DNA from: an uncultured bacterium
GTDB lineage: Bacteria > Cyanobacteriota > Vampirovibrionia > Gastranaerophilales > Gastranaerophilaceae
Length of the DNA stretch: 64,000 nucleotides
Direction of reading: 5' to 3'
Assembly (NCBI GenBank): GCA_947361225.1
Contig: CANAIK010000001.1
Location: 29,054 to 93,053 of the forward strand
Shown piece by piece: positions 1-9,509 of the stretch; the first letter of the stretch is position 1; the number at the start of each line of letters is the position of its first letter. Below the pieces are notes generated by a model. It did not search any database and was not told the DNA's origin. It was given only the letters and a program-made list of their open reading frames with translations. A program made the position numbers and the translations under genes.

Positions 1-1166
1 AAATCAATCCTTGAGGCACTAATTTTATAGGGATTAGACAAAATATCGTCGTTAATTTTAATATTATCAGCTCGAAAGTCAGTCGTCCCATCAATTGTAT
101 CAATAAAAGGAGTTGTTGCTTTTTCAAGAATCAAATTACCGTCAACATCGGTTGTAATTGAGGCTGCAAAAGAATTTCCATCGTCATAAAGCTGAATTTC
201 ATTAAGCGCTTTACAAAAATCAGTCGCAGCAGCATTCAATGAATTTTTCATATCATTAACATTAGAAAAAGAACCGTTTTGACCATTTAAGAACTCAACA
301 TAACTTCTTAGTGAGCCTTTGTTTAAAGATTCTGTAATTCCTTTGGTAATAACATAATCAGGATTCTCAATTGATTTTAAACCGAAGTTAATTGTAGAGT
401 TAATATCGTCTTTATTTACGGTTAAATCCAAACTATAGCGCTGTTTTCCTCCCTCAACAACACTAATTCCGTTAATGTATAAATTAACTGAGCCGTTTTG
501 ATTTGTGTCGGTTGTTATTGGAATATAGGTTGATAATTCCTCCAGAATCGTGTTGATTTGAGCTTGAGTTGTTGTCCCTCCGCCGTTTTTAATATGAGCT
601 TTGTTCATTTCAACCAAATCATCTAAAAGCTTGTTAATGTTTTCAGTTGCGGTTTTTGCCTCTTCGATTGAATTATCTTTTGCTTTATCATATTTATTCG
701 AAATATCCGAGAATTTATCAACAACATTCTGCGCTGCGTTTACAAATTGTTCTCGAATTGAAATATCAGAGGGCATTTGCTCCAGCGCACCCGCCGCTTT
801 AAAAAATTCATTCAAAAGAGCGTTTAATCCATTATCCCCTAAATCATCCGAAATATCTTCCAGTTTTCCAAGTTGATTTGCTAAATTGTTGTAATAATTA
901 GCGTCGGATTTAGCATTTAACATATTCTTAAACATTCCGTTGTCAATATAATTAGATAAAGAAGAAATCGAAGCTCCGTTCATTCCTCTTATTGTTGAAT
1001 AAACCGTATCACAATCGGTTGTGTATTCGTTTGTAACAAAATTTACTCTTTGTTTGTGATAATTGTCAACATTTAAATTGGCAATGTTTTGTGAAACCAC
1101 TGTAAGTGCGTATTGGTGGTTTCTCATTGATCCAAGTGCGATATTCATTGATTGGTTTAATGACAT
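1..1166 (-). CDS. flgK: Flagellar hook-associated protein 1 (FlgK), 3' end cut by window edge
   Basis: Minus-strand frame is open from ATG at 1166-1164 to the window edge (hand-translated, no stop, so absent from the ORF track). N-terminus MSLNQSMNIALGSMRNHQYALTVVSQNIANLNVDNYHKQR matches the conserved N-terminal segment of flagellar axial proteins. Lies downstream of flgM/N-like genes. Confidence 0.75.
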   Translation of the reverse strand, partial: MSLNQSMNIALGSMRNHQYALTVVSQNIANLNVDNYHKQRVNFVTNEYTTDCDTVYSTIRGMNGASISSLSNYIDNGMFKNMLNAKSDANYYNNLANQLGKLEDISDDLGDNGLNALLNEFFKAAGALEQMPSDISIREQFVNAAQNVVDKFSDISNKYDKAKDNSIEEAKTATENINKLLDDLVEMNKAHIKNGGGTTTQAQINTILEELSTYIPITTDTNQNGSVNLYINGISVVEGGKQRYSLDLTVNKDDINSTINFGLKSIENPDYVITKGITESLNKGSLRSYVEFLNGQNGSFSNVNDMKNSLNAAATDFCKALNEIQLYDDGNSFAASITTDVDGNLILEKATTPFIDTIDGTTDFRADNIKINDDILSNPYKISASRID

Positions 1167-1184
1167 AAATAAATCCTTTTATTT

Positions 1185-1571
1185 TTAAGCCTCTTCTTGA
1201 ATTGATGAAATATTAAGACTGTTTTCTTGAGTCTTGATTCCTTTTTCGTTGTAAGTATTTTTTTCTTTATGAACTATATTTAAAATTCCAGATAAAAGCC
1301 CATTTATAACATTTAATGAATGATTTATTAAGATTTCATTATTTTTATTAAGCTCTTTAATTTCTACAACGATTTTTTTAAGTTCGTCTTTTTCCTCGTT
1401 TGATAGATTATACTTCTCAAAATCGAATTTTGTTATTTTTTCACATAGTTCAGACATATTCTCGTCTAAAACCTGCATTTTTTCAAGGTCTTTTTGGATG
1501 ATTGTTTGTTTTTTTTCAATTAAATTATTTTTTAGTTGTTTGTAAGTTGAATAAATTTCATCAAATGTCAT
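1185..1571 (-). CDS. Small coiled-coil protein, possible flagellar export chaperone FlgN
   Basis: 128 aa, helical and charged, located between an flgM-position gene and flgK. Assignment rests on synteny only. Confidence 0.35.
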   Translation of the reverse strand: MTFDEIYSTYKQLKNNLIEKKQTIIQKDLEKMQVLDENMSELCEKITKFDFEKYNLSNEEKDELKKIVVEIKELNKNNEILINHSLNVINGLLSGILNIVHKEKNTYNEKGIKTQENSLNISSIQEEA

Positions 1572-1582
1572 AATTTTCCTTT

Positions 1583-1858
1583 TTAAGCGCTGTAATCAGC
1601 AATTACACTTCTTCCATACATTAAACCATAGTTAATATCATCAACGGATAAATTCTCACCCACCATAGATGCGTATTTTTGAATTTCATCGACATTAACT
1701 TTTAACCTGGAGCTTTTTTTGTCGATTAAATTAATATCTTCCTGTTTAAAATCTTCTTTTGGAAGTTCTTGTTTTATTGGTTTTTTAGTTGGTTCAAAGT
1801 TATGATTTCTTGTGTTTAAATTGATTGAAGAAATTGAGTTTGTATTATTAATATCCAC
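1583..1858 (-). CDS. Small protein in the FlgM position (possible anti-sigma-28 factor)
   Basis: 91 aa, follows the flgJ-like gene and precedes the flgN-like gene. Based on synteny only, sequence motif weak. Confidence 0.35.
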   Translation of the reverse strand: MDINNTNSISSINLNTRNHNFEPTKKPIKQELPKEDFKQEDINLIDKKSSRLKVNVDEIQKYASMVGENLSVDDINYGLMYGRSVIADYSA

Positions 1859-1861
1859 TTT

Positions 1862-2197
1862 TTATCCTTTAACGGTTTTTTCCAGTTGTGTATACATTTG
1901 TTTTGCTATTCCCAAGCTCATTTTATCGTCCGAAGCAATGGTTCTTGCAATATCGTTGTACATAAACGATTTTAAATTATCCAAATATTTTGATTCTTGA
2001 AATAAAGAACCCGATTTATCTACTGTTTTATCCAATTCATTGAGCATTTTGGATATAAAAATCGATTCGAATTCAACAGAAACTTTTTTTAGTTGTTCAC
2101 GCTCGTTTTTTGTTCCCTGTTTAATTTGATTAAGGGCTGAAAAGTCAGAACTGTTGTCATAATAAGTTGAACCAATGTTTTCAATATAGTTGTTCAT
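1862..2197 (-). CDS. flgJ: Flagellar rod-binding protein (FlgJ N-terminal domain only, no muramidase domain)
   Basis: 111 aa. LKKVSVEFESIFISKMLNELDKT resembles the rod-binding-protein motif. Its ATG overlaps the flgI stop codon by 1 nt (TAATG). Confidence 0.65.
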   Translation of the reverse strand: MNNYIENIGSTYYDNSSDFSALNQIKQGTKNEREQLKKVSVEFESIFISKMLNELDKTVDKSGSLFQESKYLDNLKSFMYNDIARTIASDDKMSLGIAKQMYTQLEKTVKG

Positions 2198-3303
2198 TAA
2201 ATCACCTCAATTTCAGCTTGTAATGACCCTGCGCTTGATAGCGCTTGCAAAATTGCAATTAAATCTAAGGGAGTTACCCCGATGTTATTAAGCGCACTAA
2301 CCAAATCGGATAAACTTGAATTAGCTTGCATTTCAATTAAAGACGCCTGTCTTTCGGTTATTTGAACCCCTGCGTTTTGTTGAAGTGCGGTTTGTCCTTG
2401 AGAAAAAGGATTCGGTTGGACAATTTCATTCTCAACACTAATTGTAATTGTAATTCCTCCGTGGGCAATGGCTGCAGGCAATAATTTTGTATTACCACCG
2501 ATTACAATTGTTCCTGTTCTTTCGTTTACTACAACTTTTGCTTTTTCACTTACCGCCCCGACGATTTGATTCTCAATTAAGGCTAAAAAAGTCACTCTAT
2601 CGTTTCTGTATTTTTGTGGAATTGAAACTTCAACCGCCCCGCCGTCAATCGCTTTAGCGGGGGCAATTCTTGTTGCAATTGTTTTTGAAATCCTGCTTGC
2701 CATGGTATAATCGGCTTTATCCAACAAAAGAGTCAAACTGGTTTCATCTCCGATTGAAGTTAGGATATCTCTTTCAATAATCCCTCCGTTTGGAACCCTT
2801 CCTGTTGTTGTAACACCTTTAGAGGAACTTGCGCCACCACTACTTGCTTTAACACCACCTGTGCTTACAGGACCCTGCGCTACTGCTACAATTTCACCAT
2901 TTGGAGCTCTAAGTTGAGTTTGAACTAAAACCCCTCCTGATAAACTTTTAGCGTCCGCCATAGCAGAAACCGTAACATCAATTTTATCCCCTTCCTTAGC
3001 AAAAGGAGGAATGGTAGCAGTTACAATAACCGCAGCCGATGTTCCTTTTTGGATATAATTTGATTGATCAATAACAGTCCCTAAGGCAAGGAGCATTTGT
3101 TGACTCGTCATTTGGGTGTGACGGGAATTATCCCCTGTGTTTTGAAGTCCCACAACTAACCCGTAGCCCACAACCTGGTTTTCTCTAATTCCTTTAACGT
3201 GGGTTATATCTTTAATTCTTACGGTTTGCTCGGAAATTGCCCCAACTTGTTCAATTGGGAGGATTAACATTGTAAGAATTAGAAAAGTCATTAATTTTTT
3301 CAT
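2197..3303 (-). CDS. flgI: Flagellar P-ring protein FlgI
   Basis: 368 aa with a signal peptide. RIKDITHVKGIRENQVVGYGLVVGLQNTGD and the C-terminal LQALSSAGSLQAEIEVI are typical FlgI. Confidence 0.95.
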   Translation of the reverse strand: MKKLMTFLILTMLILPIEQVGAISEQTVRIKDITHVKGIRENQVVGYGLVVGLQNTGDNSRHTQMTSQQMLLALGTVIDQSNYIQKGTSAAVIVTATIPPFAKEGDKIDVTVSAMADAKSLSGGVLVQTQLRAPNGEIVAVAQGPVSTGGVKASSGGASSSKGVTTTGRVPNGGIIERDILTSIGDETSLTLLLDKADYTMASRISKTIATRIAPAKAIDGGAVEVSIPQKYRNDRVTFLALIENQIVGAVSEKAKVVVNERTGTIVIGGNTKLLPAAIAHGGITITISVENEIVQPNPFSQGQTALQQNAGVQITERQASLIEMQANSSLSDLVSALNNIGVTPLDLIAILQALSSAGSLQAEIEVI

Positions 3304-3314
3304 TATTTTATATC

Positions 3315-3917
3315 CTAGAAAACTGTTCTTATTGCACGGTTTAGAATTCCTTCGTTTTGACCTCGAGAAACCGTTCCCGCTCCGTTCATTGCAAATTGCA
3401 GATTAGCAACCTGGCTTGAATTAATTTCTCCTGATTGATTAATCCATTTAGGGTCAACTATCCCTGAAATTATCAAATCAAGCCTTTCGTTTTGATTAAC
3501 AAGACTTTTTTTGCCCTGAACAAGAAGATTTCCATTGGGCAAAACCTGTACAACCTGCGCTACAACAATATCCGATAAACTTAGGGATCTTGTCATTTGG
3601 GTTCCCCCTGAAACGTCTAAATCCCCTGTTGTTCCATCTAGTGCACCTTTAAGTTTTGTTTTGAATAATATATTCATTGCATTAGTAAAATTCTCAGCTA
3701 AAGAACTCGATTTATTTGTTGAATAAGTCCCTGAATCACTCATTGTAGGAGCTTCGTCGATTACAATTGAAACCAAATCCCCAACTCCTCGAGCTCTAAC
3801 ACTTGAATAAAGCGCTCTTGGTTCAATTAGCGCATTTTGTGAGGCATTGAGCGAGAATAAACTTTCCCCGTTCACTGTTGAAACTAATAATATTAATAAT
3901 ACAGCTATTTTTTTCAT
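3315..3917 (-). CDS. flgH: Flagellar L-ring protein FlgH
   Basis: 200 aa with a signal peptide. The GDLVSIVIDE motif and LPNGNLLVQGKK are typical FlgH. Confidence 0.9.
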   Translation of the reverse strand: MKKIAVLLILLVSTVNGESLFSLNASQNALIEPRALYSSVRARGVGDLVSIVIDEAPTMSDSGTYSTNKSSSLAENFTNAMNILFKTKLKGALDGTTGDLDVSGGTQMTRSLSLSDIVVAQVVQVLPNGNLLVQGKKSLVNQNERLDLIISGIVDPKWINQSGEINSSQVANLQFAMNGAGTVSRGQNEGILNRAIRTVF

Positions 3918-3920
3918 TCC

Positions 3921-4625
3921 CTAAATCCTTACTGTTACTTGATTATTCGAGCTTACTTGCGCTGAATAAATTTTGTTGTATTTATTTGTTCTAACCTGGA
4001 TTGTTTCTCCAAAAGCCCCTTCTTTTAAGGCTTTTCCCTGCAAAGTTATTTTTAAACCCTTTTGAGATAAGAAAATTATATCTACAGTTGAATTCTTATC
4101 CACCAAAGGTTTTTGTTTTATTCCATCGACTAGAATTAAACTTCCCTTGGGATAGTTTCTATTAGCACTAATATTTTTGGGTAAATCCTCAAGAATTTTA
4201 TTAAGATATCTTGAAACTTCTTTTTTTTCTTTTATTGTATTGCTTGAATCAATCGAACCCCCATAATTAATCGGATTTTTTGCAACCAAAACTTCTTTAT
4301 AAACAAGTGTTTGGACATTAATCGGAAAAGTTTTAATCGTGTTGTTATTAGAATCTTTAACAACAACCCTTTTGTATGAATTGGGTTCGAAATTTTTATT
4401 CTGGTTTATAATTTCAATCCTTGGTTTGGTTTTTTCATTTGTAATTATTTTTTCCTGGGGAATTCCTGTAATATTAATCTTGAAATTATCAAAATTTGTT
4501 GTATTTTTTATTTTTTGATAAATTTCCTGATAAAGCTCGCTCCCCGAAAGAACATAACAAAAAGCGCTTTGATTAAGAAACAAAATCGTTAATAAAAATA
4601 TTAAATTTTTAGTTAATTTTTTCAT
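3921..4625 (-). CDS. flgA: Flagellar P-ring assembly chaperone FlgA
   Basis: 234 aa with a signal peptide. C-terminal LQGKALKEGAFGETIQVRTNKYNKIYSAQV resembles the FlgA C-terminus. Position between flgG and flgH. Confidence 0.7.
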   Translation of the reverse strand: MKKLTKNLIFLLTILFLNQSAFCYVLSGSELYQEIYQKIKNTTNFDNFKINITGIPQEKIITNEKTKPRIEIINQNKNFEPNSYKRVVVKDSNNNTIKTFPINVQTLVYKEVLVAKNPINYGGSIDSSNTIKEKKEVSRYLNKILEDLPKNISANRNYPKGSLILVDGIKQKPLVDKNSTVDIIFLSQKGLKITLQGKALKEGAFGETIQVRTNKYNKIYSAQVSSNNQVTVRI

Positions 4626-4627
4626 AT

Positions 4628-5413
4628 TTATACTATCTGATTAGTTTGTTGTAATATATCTGACCCTGCTGTAATTACTTTAGAATTTGTTTCATAAGCA
4701 CGTTCTGTTTTAATCAAATTAACAAGTTCTTCTACAGTTTGAACGTTTGATCCTTCAAGGAAACACTGTTCAATTGTTCCATAGCCGTCTTCCCCTGCGG
4801 TTCCCTGCAAGGGGGTTCCTGAAGCTTGTGTTTCACGATACAAATTGTGTCCTATAGCAAGCAATCCTGAAGGATTTTGGAATTTAACAAGTTGAATTTG
4901 ACCCAATTGGGTTTGTTCCGAGTTTGTTCCTGTTGTGCAAGAAACAATCCCTGCTTGAGATACGGTAATATCTTTAGCGTTAACTGGAATTGTAATCGGG
5001 GGTTGCAGTTGATATCCGTCCGAAGTTACGATTTGTCCGTTTGCGTCCATTTGCCAAGCCCCATCACGGGTGTAGGCAATGGATCCGTCGTCCATTGTGA
5101 TTTGGAAGAATCCGTCCCCGGCAATTGCCATGTCCAGTTGTCTATCAGTGCTTTGTAGGGTTCCTGTTGTGAATACTCTTGTTGTGGCACTTGTTTTAAC
5201 GCCCAATCCAACCTCGATTCCAACCGGCTGATAAGTTCCTTGTCCCATTTGAGCGCCCGGGGTTCTATGAACCTGACTCAACAGGTCTTGAAACTCCGCC
5301 CTCACTTTTTTATATCCATAAGTTGATAAGTTTGCGATATTATGAGAAATTACATCTAAGTTGTTTTGTTGTGCAATCATTCCTGTTGCTGCGGTTGTTA
5401 GAGCTCTTAACAT
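4628..5413 (-). CDS. flgG: Flagellar distal rod protein FlgG
   Basis: 261 aa. MLRALTTAATGMIAQQNNLDVISHNIANLSTYGYKK at the N-terminus and a conserved C-terminal rod domain. Confidence 0.95.
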   Translation of the reverse strand: MLRALTTAATGMIAQQNNLDVISHNIANLSTYGYKKVRAEFQDLLSQVHRTPGAQMGQGTYQPVGIEVGLGVKTSATTRVFTTGTLQSTDRQLDMAIAGDGFFQITMDDGSIAYTRDGAWQMDANGQIVTSDGYQLQPPITIPVNAKDITVSQAGIVSCTTGTNSEQTQLGQIQLVKFQNPSGLLAIGHNLYRETQASGTPLQGTAGEDGYGTIEQCFLEGSNVQTVEELVNLIKTERAYETNSKVITAGSDILQQTNQIV

Positions 5414-5423
5414 TTATTTTCTC

Positions 5424-6281
5424 CTATCTTGAAATGTTTCCAAGTGCAATTCCTTGTCCCAGTGTTTCACTTTGGGTTTTAAGGATTGTACTCATTGATT
5501 CATAACCCCTTGAAATATTGATTGAATTTAACATTTCCTTAATTGTATTAGCATTCGACATTTCGATTTTTCCTTGTTGAAGTGAAAAAGTTCCGTCTTG
5601 TTTTGTATAAACTCCCGGGTTTTGTCCGTAAATCGGTAAATATTTTGCTTCTCCGACTCCTGAAATTTTTGTTTTGTCTATAAAATCACAAATTTGAATT
5701 TTTTGTAAATTAGCACTAAAATTCGGATTATTTAAACTAATTTGTCCGTTTTCCGCTATAATAAGGTCTTTTTCAACCTCTAATCTATTCATTTCGTTTT
5801 TATCCTCGCTTTCAGGGTCTCTTGTAATTCGAATTCTTCGGTTTTGAACATCCATTATATAATCGCCGTCTTTGTTAACAAGAAAATTATCCTCTGTTAA
5901 GGCAAAATTCCCTGTTCTTTGGTAATAATAGTTTCTTTCATCGTATTGAGCGTTATCAGGGATATCTTGATAGCGGACTTTAAAAAATCCATCCCCTTGA
6001 AAAGCAACATCTAATTTGTTGTTCGAATCCATTAAGCCCCCTTGGGAAAAATCGATATAAGTTCTATCAACCCTTGGACCAATACTCAAAGACCCGACTT
6101 CTTCTTTTGTTCCAAGGGCGTTTTTTGTTTGAACCTTGGAATCTAATATATTCTGGAAGGTAATATTTGTTCTTTTAAAACCTGCGGTTGTAACGTTTGC
6201 AATATTATGAGCAGTTACGTCTTCGAAGTTGATTAAAGCTTCCATTCCTTTGGATAAAGCTGCTATTCCTCTTGAAATCAT
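5424..6281 (-). CDS. flgF: Flagellar proximal rod protein (FlgF-like)
   Basis: 285 aa. Contains the HNIANVTTAGFKR rod-protein motif and lies immediately upstream of flgG. Confidence 0.75.
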   Translation of the reverse strand: MISRGIAALSKGMEALINFEDVTAHNIANVTTAGFKRTNITFQNILDSKVQTKNALGTKEEVGSLSIGPRVDRTYIDFSQGGLMDSNNKLDVAFQGDGFFKVRYQDIPDNAQYDERNYYYQRTGNFALTEDNFLVNKDGDYIMDVQNRRIRITRDPESEDKNEMNRLEVEKDLIIAENGQISLNNPNFSANLQKIQICDFIDKTKISGVGEAKYLPIYGQNPGVYTKQDGTFSLQQGKIEMSNANTIKEMLNSINISRGYESMSTILKTQSETLGQGIALGNISR

Positions 6282-6952
6282 AGTTTCACCTCTTTAATTT
6301 TGTTGTAGTTGCTCATAATTGTATTGACATAATTCTGCGTTTCTTTATAAGGAGGAATTCCTCCGTATTTTTTAACAGCTCCGCTCCCTGCGTTGTAAGC
6401 GGCTAGAGCAAGTTGTTTGTTGTTGTCGTATTTATCCAATAATCCTTTTAAATACTTAACTCCACCTTCAATATTCTCCATTGGATTGTAAGCATCCACC
6501 ACCCCAAGGCTTTTTGCCGTTTTTGGCATTAGCTGCATTAAACCCATTGCGCCTTTTTTGCTTGTTGCTTTAGGGTTGAAGTTTGATTCCTGTTTAATTA
6601 TCGCTTTAATAAAATCCCCGTCGATTTTATATTTATTTGAAAAAGTTTCTATAATTTCATCGATATCTAAACTTTGCGCCTTTAAATCGAGTTTGGATTT
6701 TAAGTTAACGATTTCTTTAATCGGTTCTTTTTCTTCAATAATCGGTTCTTTGTCGACAATTTCCTCGATTTTTTCATTACTTATTTTTTCGTCAAGAATT
6801 TTTTTAAAATCCGATTCGATTTGACCTTCAAGCTCTTTAGTTTGATTGGAATTGGAGGAATTATTTAAACTATCTAAATAAGCAAAATTTTGCTCAATTG
6901 AGCTCATTCTTGCTAATGTCAGGTTAAGGCACGTACCTATTCCTTGCGTCAT
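6278..6952 (-). CDS. Lytic transglycosylase (SLT domain), first gene of the flagellar operon
   Basis: ESNFNPKATSKKGAMGLMQLMPKTAKSLG and AYNAGSGAV are SLT catalytic motifs. 4-nt overlap with the flgF start. Confidence 0.85.
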   Translation of the reverse strand: MTQGIGTCLNLTLARMSSIEQNFAYLDSLNNSSNSNQTKELEGQIESDFKKILDEKISNEKIEEIVDKEPIIEEKEPIKEIVNLKSKLDLKAQSLDIDEIIETFSNKYKIDGDFIKAIIKQESNFNPKATSKKGAMGLMQLMPKTAKSLGVVDAYNPMENIEGGVKYLKGLLDKYDNNKQLALAAYNAGSGAVKKYGGIPPYKETQNYVNTIMSNYNKIKEVKL

Positions 6953-7093
6953 TCTACAGTTATCCTCTTACCATCGTCTAATTAATATAATATTAGTCTA
7001 AGATTTAAATAAATTTATCAATCAAAAGGTTGAAAAAAATTAAATCCCGGGGTTTATTTTTCCTATAACTCAATTCATAGTATAATAATTACT

Positions 7094-8758
7094 ATGAACA
7101 TTCTTTTTGTTAGTGCTTTAGTAATATTTGCCCTTATTTTTGTTTGGGTTTATATTCTTTTTATCACTAATTCGGTTAATGAGAAAAATAAAAAAAAAGA
7201 AATAAAACCAATTGAACCTGTTTATAAAGACCCCTTAGAAAGATGCGAGACTTTATTTAATCAAGATAATCACACGGAATTGCAAAAATACGCTCAAAAA
7301 GAATTGTCAAAAAACTATGGAAATATTGAATTAAGAAGAATCTTAGCTAAATCTTTAATGAAAAGCGGAAACGAACAAATGGCAATTGCCCACTACGAGG
7401 CGATTTTAGCCGCAGCCCCTTTTGATATTGAAACTCAGGAACTTTTAGCGCAATACTACTGTGAAAACGGACCTAAAACAAGAGCCGTGGAACTTTATGA
7501 GCAAATCCTGCTTTTTGATAAAGGTTCGATTATCGCTGCTGAGAATTTAGCGAAACTTTATGATGAAACTTATAATTATCAAAAATCCATTGAAATGTAT
7601 AAACTTTTATTAGACGCACAGGTTGACGAGAACGGAGTTTTAGAACTTAAGTATATAATTGCTGATTTGTATAGTAAAACTAATGAGTTCGATAAAGCAT
7701 TCGAGGCTTATAAAGAAATTTATTCTCTTGATCCGGAGAATCTTGAAATATTAATTTTATTGGCTGATTTAGCCTACAAAAACAAATATTGGGTTGATTG
7801 TTTAAATTATTATAAAAAAATAATATCAATTGTTGGAGACGATTTTGAAATCTTAGAAAAAATCGCCCAATTGCACGTAACTTTAGCTAATCATAAAGAA
7901 GCAATCGAAACCTATACAAAAATTTTGTCTTTGGAGGATTCTCAAAGTCCTAATTATTTGTATCATCAAAACGAACTATGCAATGAAATGTTAAAAGAAG
8001 GATTATACAAAGAAGCAATCGATAGATTAAAAGATTTGTTAATTAAAAATCCCAAAGAAACCTCTTTTGCCTTTAGTTTAGCCTCCGCTTACACTTTAAT
8101 CGGGGATTTTTCCGTCGGGGTTAATTTGTATCAAAAATTATTGGAAGATTTACCGGTTGATCAAAGTGAAATTATAATTAAATATATTTCCAATCTTATT
8201 TGCTCCTGGGCTTTGGATTTATTTAAAAAAGGGGAATACAACCAGGCTTTCGACAAATTTTTTGAGGCTTTAAAGTACAACGAAGAAAACGACGAAGTTT
8301 ATTATCAACTCGGGGTTTGTAATTATTATATTAAAAGTTATCAAGATTCAATTGCGCACTTTAAGCGTGCAATTGCAATAAAACCGCAGGATTCAAGATA
8401 TTATTTCGGACTTGGCTGTGCTTATGATGAACTTGATCTTATAAAAAACGCTAAAATGGCTTTTTACGATGCGATTAATATTGATCCTATGAATATAAGC
8501 GCAAGAATTGCCTACGCACTTTCTTTAACTAAAGAATTGGAGTATGCTCAAAGTATTGAACAGTTCTCAATTGTCCTTGAATCCAATCCCAATGACGCCG
8601 ACACAATTTACAACCTTGCACTTGCCTATGATTTAGTTGGAGACATTGAAAGAGCGATAAAATTCTACAAAAAAGCTCTTGAGGTCGATTCTAATCATAA
8701 AGAGGCAAATCACAACCTTGAACTTTTAATTGGTGAAGTAGAAGAACCTACAAATTAA
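7094..8758 (+). CDS. TPR-repeat protein with N-terminal membrane anchor
   Basis: 554 aa, one N-terminal hydrophobic helix followed by many 34-aa TPR-like repeats (A..Y..AL..DP.N pattern). Confidence 0.8.
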   Translation: MNILFVSALVIFALIFVWVYILFITNSVNEKNKKKEIKPIEPVYKDPLERCETLFNQDNHTELQKYAQKELSKNYGNIELRRILAKSLMKSGNEQMAIAHYEAILAAAPFDIETQELLAQYYCENGPKTRAVELYEQILLFDKGSIIAAENLAKLYDETYNYQKSIEMYKLLLDAQVDENGVLELKYIIADLYSKTNEFDKAFEAYKEIYSLDPENLEILILLADLAYKNKYWVDCLNYYKKIISIVGDDFEILEKIAQLHVTLANHKEAIETYTKILSLEDSQSPNYLYHQNELCNEMLKEGLYKEAIDRLKDLLIKNPKETSFAFSLASAYTLIGDFSVGVNLYQKLLEDLPVDQSEIIIKYISNLICSWALDLFKKGEYNQAFDKFFEALKYNEENDEVYYQLGVCNYYIKSYQDSIAHFKRAIAIKPQDSRYYFGLGCAYDELDLIKNAKMAFYDAINIDPMNISARIAYALSLTKELEYAQSIEQFSIVLESNPNDADTIYNLALAYDLVGDIERAIKFYKKALEVDSNHKEANHNLELLIGEVEEPTN

Positions 8759-9509
8759 CTAAAGCAGCGTTTTCTATATTAAAAAAAGTTTTTGCGCTTA
8801 AAATAAATTCCCCAGGGTTTTTAGAAACAAAAAACTCGAGTTTTCCTTGACCAACATTATCAATTTGTTCTTTAACTGTCCTAGCTAAATAAATCCCCGG
8901 ATCAAAATAATCAACATTGTAAATTTTTCTAAAAATATCCACCAAATAAGGATAATGAGTGCATCCAAGGATAATTCTTTTAGCATTATGTTTTTTTGCA
9001 ATATTTATTCTATCCTCAATTAAATCTAAAGATTTTTTTTCTTTATAAGTTCTGTTCTCTACAATTTCAACAAAACCTGTGCAATCAATTGATACAACAT
9101 TAATTTTTTCATTAATTTTTTTAATAACTTCCTCATACTTTTTCGATTTGGTAGTAGCTTTTGTTGCGAGAACCGCAATTGTGTCGTTGTCCTTTAAATC
9201 AACAATCGCATAAGGAGCACTTGTTTGAATAAGAGGAAAAATATTAATTTTATTGAGGAAATATTCCTTTAATTCTAAATACGCAACAGCTGAAGTTGTG
9301 TTGCAAGCAAAAACAACGTTTTTTATATTTTTTTCCAAGAAAAATTCCAGGATATTTTTCGTATATAAAAAAATTTCCTCTTTTGATTTTGTCCCATAAG
9401 GAATATTTTTTGTATCTCCAAAAAAAGTGAAATTTTGGTTGGGCAGGGCTTTTTTGAGCTCTGCTAAAACACTTAATCCTCCAACTCCGCTATCTAATAC
9501 TCCAATCAT
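8748..9509 (-). CDS. murI: Glutamate racemase
   Basis: MIGVLDSGVGGLSVL N-terminus, with the ACNTTS and GCTHYP catalytic cysteine motifs. Confidence 0.9.
   Translation of the reverse strand: MIGVLDSGVGGLSVLAELKKALPNQNFTFFGDTKNIPYGTKSKEEIFLYTKNILEFFLEKNIKNVVFACNTTSAVAYLELKEYFLNKINIFPLIQTSAPYAIVDLKDNDTIAVLATKATTKSKKYEEVIKKINEKINVVSIDCTGFVEIVENRTYKEKKSLDLIEDRINIAKKHNAKRIILGCTHYPYLVDIFRKIYNVDYFDPGIYLARTVKEQIDNVGQGKLEFFVSKNPGEFILSAKTFFNIENAALVNL

Noticed and set aside
601-876. 91-aa plus-strand ORF, and similar short ORFs at 1812-2000, 3535-3726, 4877-5158, 5026-5223, 5323-5505 and 6558-6824
   Set aside because: All lie antisense to, or out of frame within, well-supported flagellar genes. They have low-complexity composition typical of shadow ORFs in AT-rich DNA.
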